IMG/VR virus record: IMGVR_UViG_3300022231_000010
Span: 1 to 64,000 of that record
Length of the DNA: 64,000 nt
DNA from: a virus
Direction: 5' to 3' (one strand)
Shown: positions 60,259-64,000 of the stretch, one piece after another
Position numbering within the stretch: position 1 is the stretch's first letter
Layout: every line of letters starts with the position of its first letter
Program-made: the position numbers and the translations under genes
The notes under the pieces: model-generated
The model's database searches: none
Seen by the model: the letters and a program-made list of their open reading frames with translations, nothing else
Told to the model about the DNA's origin: nothing

Positions 60259-61242
60259 TTACTTTTGCGTTACGATTACATCCACACCAACAGATGCGGC
60301 ATTGTTCCAAGTTGGGAGAAGTCCGACAACATCAACTCTTGTTCTAGCCAAGACGCTGAAGCCTGTTGTGGAGACAGCTGTGATCCGGATGTTCTGGTTA
60401 TCCGCTCCATTGATCAGGTTAGCTTGGATATTTGGAGCAGCTGGGAAAGCTGTTGCGAATGTGACAGAATAGACTCCGCTGGCATTGGTCGTTCCAGAAT
60501 AGGTCTCCTGCCTCTTGGTAACAGAGATCGTCTGATTGGGGGCTACTCCTGACAGGGTGATGTTGTTTCCTGCCGTGATGATGGGTGACACGCCATTAGT
60601 TCCATTGGTGCCGTTTGTTCCAGCAGGACCGGGCGCTCCAGCGGGGCCAACATCTCCAGTATCCCCTTTGGGGCCTGCTGCGCCGGTGTCTCCTTTCGGT
60701 CCAGCAGCACCAGCCAATCCAGTAGCTCCGGTATTGCCAGTATCACCCTTGTCCCCTTTGTCTCCTTTATCACCCTTGGCTCCGGGAGATCCAGCGGCTC
60801 CCGTGGCACCAGCTGTTCCGGGGATTCCCTGATCTCCAGTGTCACCCTTTGGTCCAGTTGCGCCCGTTGCGCCAGCGACACCCGGATCTCCTTGGTCGCC
60901 CTTATCTCCCTTATCTCCTTTTGGTCCTTCTTGGCCTTGCGGGCCCTCTGGACCCTCTGGACCCTCTGGGCCTTCAGGTCCGGGATTCAGAGCAATAGCA
61001 TCGGCAATGGCAGTCTCAATGGCGTCAGAAACACCAATCGAAATTGTTCCTGTTCCAGAGTCGAAAAGGATTCCATCCCCGAAGAATGCCCATCTCACCC
61101 CTGCTGTTTCAGAAGCGATCCCTGTATCTACAAGGATGCCGGGCGTGGATGCTGGAAGCTGATCCCATACATAGGTGATATTGCCATTGTTGATGGCATT
61201 CCTGTGCATCAGGAACCATTGAGTTGCCGTGGGTGTCGCCAT
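60259..61242 (-). CDS. Collagen-like tail fibre protein
   Basis: 327 aa with about 40 uninterrupted G-X-Y triplets (GPEGPEGPEGPEGPQGQEGPKGDKGDKGDQGDPG...GTNGTNGTNG) and a globular C-terminal domain. Confidence 0.8.
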   Translation of the reverse strand: MATPTATQWFLMHRNAINNGNITYVWDQLPASTPGILVDTGIASETAGVRWAFFGDGILFDSGTGTISIGVSDAIETAIADAIALNPGPEGPEGPEGPEGPQGQEGPKGDKGDKGDQGDPGVAGATGATGPKGDTGDQGIPGTAGATGAAGSPGAKGDKGDKGDKGDTGNTGATGLAGAAGPKGDTGAAGPKGDTGDVGPAGAPGPAGTNGTNGTNGVSPIITAGNNITLSGVAPNQTISVTKRQETYSGTTNASGVYSVTFATAFPAAPNIQANLINGADNQNIRITAVSTTGFSVLARTRVDVVGLLPTWNNAASVGVDVIVTQK

Positions 61243-61243
61243 A

Positions 61244-61612
61244 TTAGAATCCTGTGAATTTGTGGGAACCTGTGATCATCCATGCTGTTCCAATGGATTT
61301 CACGCTGATGGCTGCATTCATATCCTGAAGCTCGATGTTCTCTTGCCCGTCAATGTTTCCAATGATGGTTACGATGTTTCCGTCTCCACTGATCTTCTTG
61401 ATGGTGAACTCCTTCAAGACAGCAGGCTCAGGCATGTCGATTGAGATAGGTCCGCTAGAGCTATCCACCCAAACCGTATCGTGGGAGTTGGCGGTGAGAG
61501 CGACATTTGCAGTCACGGTCTCTTGAGGGAACATCTTATCATATAGCATGCTCCTTCGGGCAATAGCCTCTGGGATATTGCCTAGCATGTTGATTCGGGG
61601 AGGAAGTGGCAT
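61244..61612 (-). CDS. Hypothetical structural protein
   Basis: 122-aa ORF. Confidence 0.65.
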   Translation of the reverse strand: MPLPPRINMLGNIPEAIARRSMLYDKMFPQETVTANVALTANSHDTVWVDSSSGPISIDMPEPAVLKEFTIKKISGDGNIVTIIGNIDGQENIELQDMNAAISVKSIGTAWMITGSHKFTGF

Positions 61613-61626
61613 TTGTTTAATTCCTT

Positions 61627-62733
61627 TTAAGGCGGATTGATTGAGGCGTTGTATAGATTTCTGATGTCCACCCTGTTTGGGAAGATGTCTCTATTCCATA
61701 GGATTTTCATTTTGAATACAACGTTGGTGCCGTGCGTGGATGGCCCTGCTGCCCATGGCATATCCGTAGTTGCCAGAGAAGCCCAATTTGGTGTCCCTAC
61801 AGGGGTTGGGCTAAGCGTGTCATTCCAATATGTTCCATAATCTGATAGGGTGGCACCACTATTGATCACTTGGCAGATTGTGATTCCATCTCCGTATGTT
61901 CCATATGCCTCAGCTCTTGGAGTTCCGTTTCCTCGGAACATGACCATGTTTTCAACCAAGATCTGCCATCCTCTTTGATTTGCGTTATAGCCGCCATGAG
62001 CCATCAATGCAGGGTTTGTAAAGTTTCCAGAGAACGCTCCATCAACATCCACCCAAAGAGCAGCAGAATTGGAAGGAATGGTGATTCCATCATATGAAAT
62101 CAATCCTCCAACCATTGATGGAAATGTAACCCCAAATCCGCCCCAGATAGTTCCTCCAGAAAGCTCTGCATCCGGTCCTTTGAGGGCATAGATGGTTGAG
62201 CCGGATCCAGCGTTATCACCAGAACGCATTGGCCACATGCCAAGGATATCATCCCATAGACCAAGCTGCTTAAGACCTGCCGTCCAATGGTTGACGGCTC
62301 TCATTCGATCATCTGCAATAGCTACCTTCTCAAAGAAGATGGCCGCGTCAGGCTCCCAAGTTGCAACCAGAGAATTGCTGACGTTCCCACAGTAGTCTTG
62401 GACTTCGATTACATCTCCCTCTCCTACGGTCAGAGGAAATGGGATTGATCCGCCTACTCCTTCTTCTCCAAAGAAGAAGATGCCAGTATAGTCTCCATTC
62501 ACATAGATACGGTAGATGATGTCTCCATCCTCGAATCCTTCGTATTCACTCTCTACATCCAAGTCCCAGACGACAGGGCATCCACCAGTCGCAACCAATG
62601 GTTGGCCAGCATAGGCTCCATCAGGGGCCGTGATGACGATTGGCTCAACAGGCGTAGAGCCGCCCGCTCCGCCGAGAAGTCTGCGGAAGAGCGGACGGTA
62701 AAGCCGTCTGAACAATGGACGGTAGAGGCGCAT
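61627..62733 (-). CDS. Hypothetical tail-fibre or receptor-binding-like protein with a duplicated N-terminal peptide
   Basis: 368 aa. The N-terminus is M-RLYRPLFR-RLYRPLFR-RLLGGAGG, and the remainder is beta-rich. Confidence 0.65.
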   Translation of the reverse strand: MRLYRPLFRRLYRPLFRRLLGGAGGSTPVEPIVITAPDGAYAGQPLVATGGCPVVWDLDVESEYEGFEDGDIIYRIYVNGDYTGIFFFGEEGVGGSIPFPLTVGEGDVIEVQDYCGNVSNSLVATWEPDAAIFFEKVAIADDRMRAVNHWTAGLKQLGLWDDILGMWPMRSGDNAGSGSTIYALKGPDAELSGGTIWGGFGVTFPSMVGGLISYDGITIPSNSAALWVDVDGAFSGNFTNPALMAHGGYNANQRGWQILVENMVMFRGNGTPRAEAYGTYGDGITICQVINSGATLSDYGTYWNDTLSPTPVGTPNWASLATTDMPWAAGPSTHGTNVVFKMKILWNRDIFPNRVDIRNLYNASINPP

Positions 62734-63302
62734 TATCCGAGAGCAACCCAGAGGGTGGGATCTTTGGAAACCAGCTTCCAGACTTTGGAGCCGGTGGAGT
62801 CGGATGGGACGATGGCGCCTTGGCCGATCACTCCATCAGTTCCGAGGACGCCAGCCGTGGTATTGGTGGATGTTGGAACAGCGGTGACACCTGTAGCGGT
62901 TCCAGTGGCGACAGCGATGTTAAGCGATGCGTCATTGGCTGCGCCGATCTTCGGAGTCAGCGTTGTAGTAGTGGTAGATCCGCCAACCGTGTAGTAGGTG
63001 GTTACTGGACCGCTTGCTTGGACAGCAGCTCGGATCTTCCCGCCGATCGCTGTGGCGTTGTCCGTATTGGCAATAGCAACAGGGATGACGACGGGAGCAG
63101 CGAGAAGCGCACCAGTGACGGTGACTTGAGCTGTGCCGGTAGCCGTTGCCGTGCCAGCAGCAGTCAGAGTCTCCACTTGAAGCACGCCCTGAACAGGGAC
63201 AGCGGTAAGCAGGAGATCCGCAGCGGCATAGCCGGGGATTGGAGCGGGCGAGTTCCCGGTTGGACCGAGACGAATTGGTGGCGATGTTGGTCTAAGTGAC
63301 AT
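62733..63302 (-). CDS. Ala/Thr/Gly-rich hypothetical structural protein
   Basis: 189-aa ORF. Confidence 0.6.
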   Translation of the reverse strand: MSLRPTSPPIRLGPTGNSPAPIPGYAAADLLLTAVPVQGVLQVETLTAAGTATATGTAQVTVTGALLAAPVVIPVAIANTDNATAIGGKIRAAVQASGPVTTYYTVGGSTTTTTLTPKIGAANDASLNIAVATGTATGVTAVPTSTNTTAGVLGTDGVIGQGAIVPSDSTGSKVWKLVSKDPTLWVALG

Positions 63303-63314
63303 GATATCTAGGTG

Positions 63315-64000
63315 TTATGGTTGTGGCTTGTTCTTCAGATAGGGAAACGAATTAATCAAAGGCTCAAGAGAGGGATTGATATGATCTTTCCCCTCCTTTT
63401 CCCACCATTCGACTCCTTCTCTAAAGTTCCTTACGAGAGCTGCATTGAGCCCTAGGTAGCTAAACCAATCTTTCCATTTATCCGGCATGACCAGCTTGTG
63501 GCCATTTGGGAAACACGCAGCCCATGGAATGCCATAGGCCTGAGCAAGAATACAGCCATGGAGACTGCCAGAGAGGATGAATCCTGCTCCAGAAAGAAAC
63601 TCAATGGTGCCTACGCATTGGTGACGCTGGCATGAGAAGTCTAGAATTTCGTGTGCTCCTACATGAGATGCAGCATCCCTATGCATATTCATCCTCATTT
63701 CATAGTGAGGAATATAGAGTATTCTTCCGTGAGGCGGTGTTTTCGGAATAAATCTTGGGATGAGAAGTCCGGGGTCTCCTAGGGGGGTTGTTGCTGGAAG
63801 TCCCAGCTTGTCTCTGGAAAGAGGCCCCCTTACGGCATGGAAAATGATTCCTTCTTTGTCTAGCGGCCTATCCCAGAGGCCAGATCCCCAGACGTCGATT
63901 GGTCCTTTGATGGCATCGAAGGCAGGATTTGGGATCGAACCGCAAGCCACAAGCGTTGCGTCGTTGTCGAATGGTTGTCCCGATCCATAGCGGACGAACT
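63315..64000 (-). CDS. Polysaccharide pyruvyl transferase-like protein (3' part; its 5' part is 14..107 after the junction)
   Basis: The C-terminal motif GFILSGSLHGCILAQAYGIPW is typical of the PS_pyruv_trans family. The reading frame stays open through 64000 and continues at position 14. Confidence 0.75.
   Translation of the reverse strand, partial: FVRYGSGQPFDNDATLVACGSIPNPAFDAIKGPIDVWGSGLWDRPLDKEGIIFHAVRGPLSRDKLGLPATTPLGDPGLLIPRFIPKTPPHGRILYIPHYEMRMNMHRDAASHVGAHEILDFSCQRHQCVGTIEFLSGAGFILSGSLHGCILAQAYGIPWAACFPNGHKLVMPDKWKDWFSYLGLNAALVRNFREGVEWWEKEGKDHINPSLEPLINSFPYLKNKPQP
63988..64000. repeat. Wrap-around duplicate of positions 1..13 (circular closure of the sequence)
   Basis: TAGCGGACGAACT is identical at both ends, and a gene reads in frame across the junction. 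Confidence 0.85.

Noticed and set aside
60600-61000. Short periodic DNA repeats that might suggest a CRISPR array or satellite.
   Set aside because: The 9-nt periodicity is the coding imprint of collagen G-X-Y triplets inside a long ORF. There is no repeat-spacer architecture.
1-64000. Genome-wide stop-codon reassignment (TGA recoding), prompted by the in-frame TGA at 29759.
   Set aside because: All other genes, including the 3,639-aa ORF, are intact under the standard code. Many end in TGA at sensible, coupled positions. No UCA-anticodon tRNA is present.

Overview
The window is a complete, circularly closed tailed-phage genome plus 13 nt of wrap-around. Positions 63988..64000 repeat 1..13 exactly, and a pyruvyl-transferase-like gene reads in frame across that junction, so the unit length is 63,987 bp. 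No integrase, repressor or CRISPR array is visible.

Organisation: there are two transcription arms. They diverge at a 604-bp non-coding control region (14533..15136) and converge at a hairpin terminator near 39.96-40.03 kb.

Leftward (minus) arm: it runs 14532 -> 1, wraps, and continues 63987 -> 40031. In order it encodes a PD-(D/E)XK exonuclease, a DUF2829/Tad2-like protein, large terminase, portal, scaffold, two tRNA-like genes, a major capsid protein with a C-terminal Calx-beta domain, fibre-like proteins, GT25-like and pyruvyl-transferase-like glycan enzymes, a collagen-like fibre, a spanin/endolysin cassette, tail and internal-virion proteins, and a 3,639-aa giant protein.

Rightward (plus) arm: 15137..39958 holds early and replication genes. 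These include RusA, HNH, a MazG-like protein, DUF3310, a PTH2 peptidyl-tRNA hydrolase, DUF1360, and a primase-helicase split by a LAGLIDADG-containing intein in its P-loop.

Most unusual region: 25.9-35 kb. It carries a ubiquitin-like conjugation cassette (beta-grasp Ubl, UBC-like E2, ThiF-type E1, JAMM/JAB peptidase). The cassette is interleaved with four ORF-free, hairpin-dense regions of 0.3-0.7 kb, canonical tRNA-Arg and tRNA-Tyr, a truncated tRNA-like element, and two arrays of small paralogous genes with shuffled conserved C-terminal tails. One of those paralogues is broken by an in-frame TGA.

No DNA or RNA polymerase motif was recognised by eye. All functional calls rest on motif recognition by eye and gene context. 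No database search was run.
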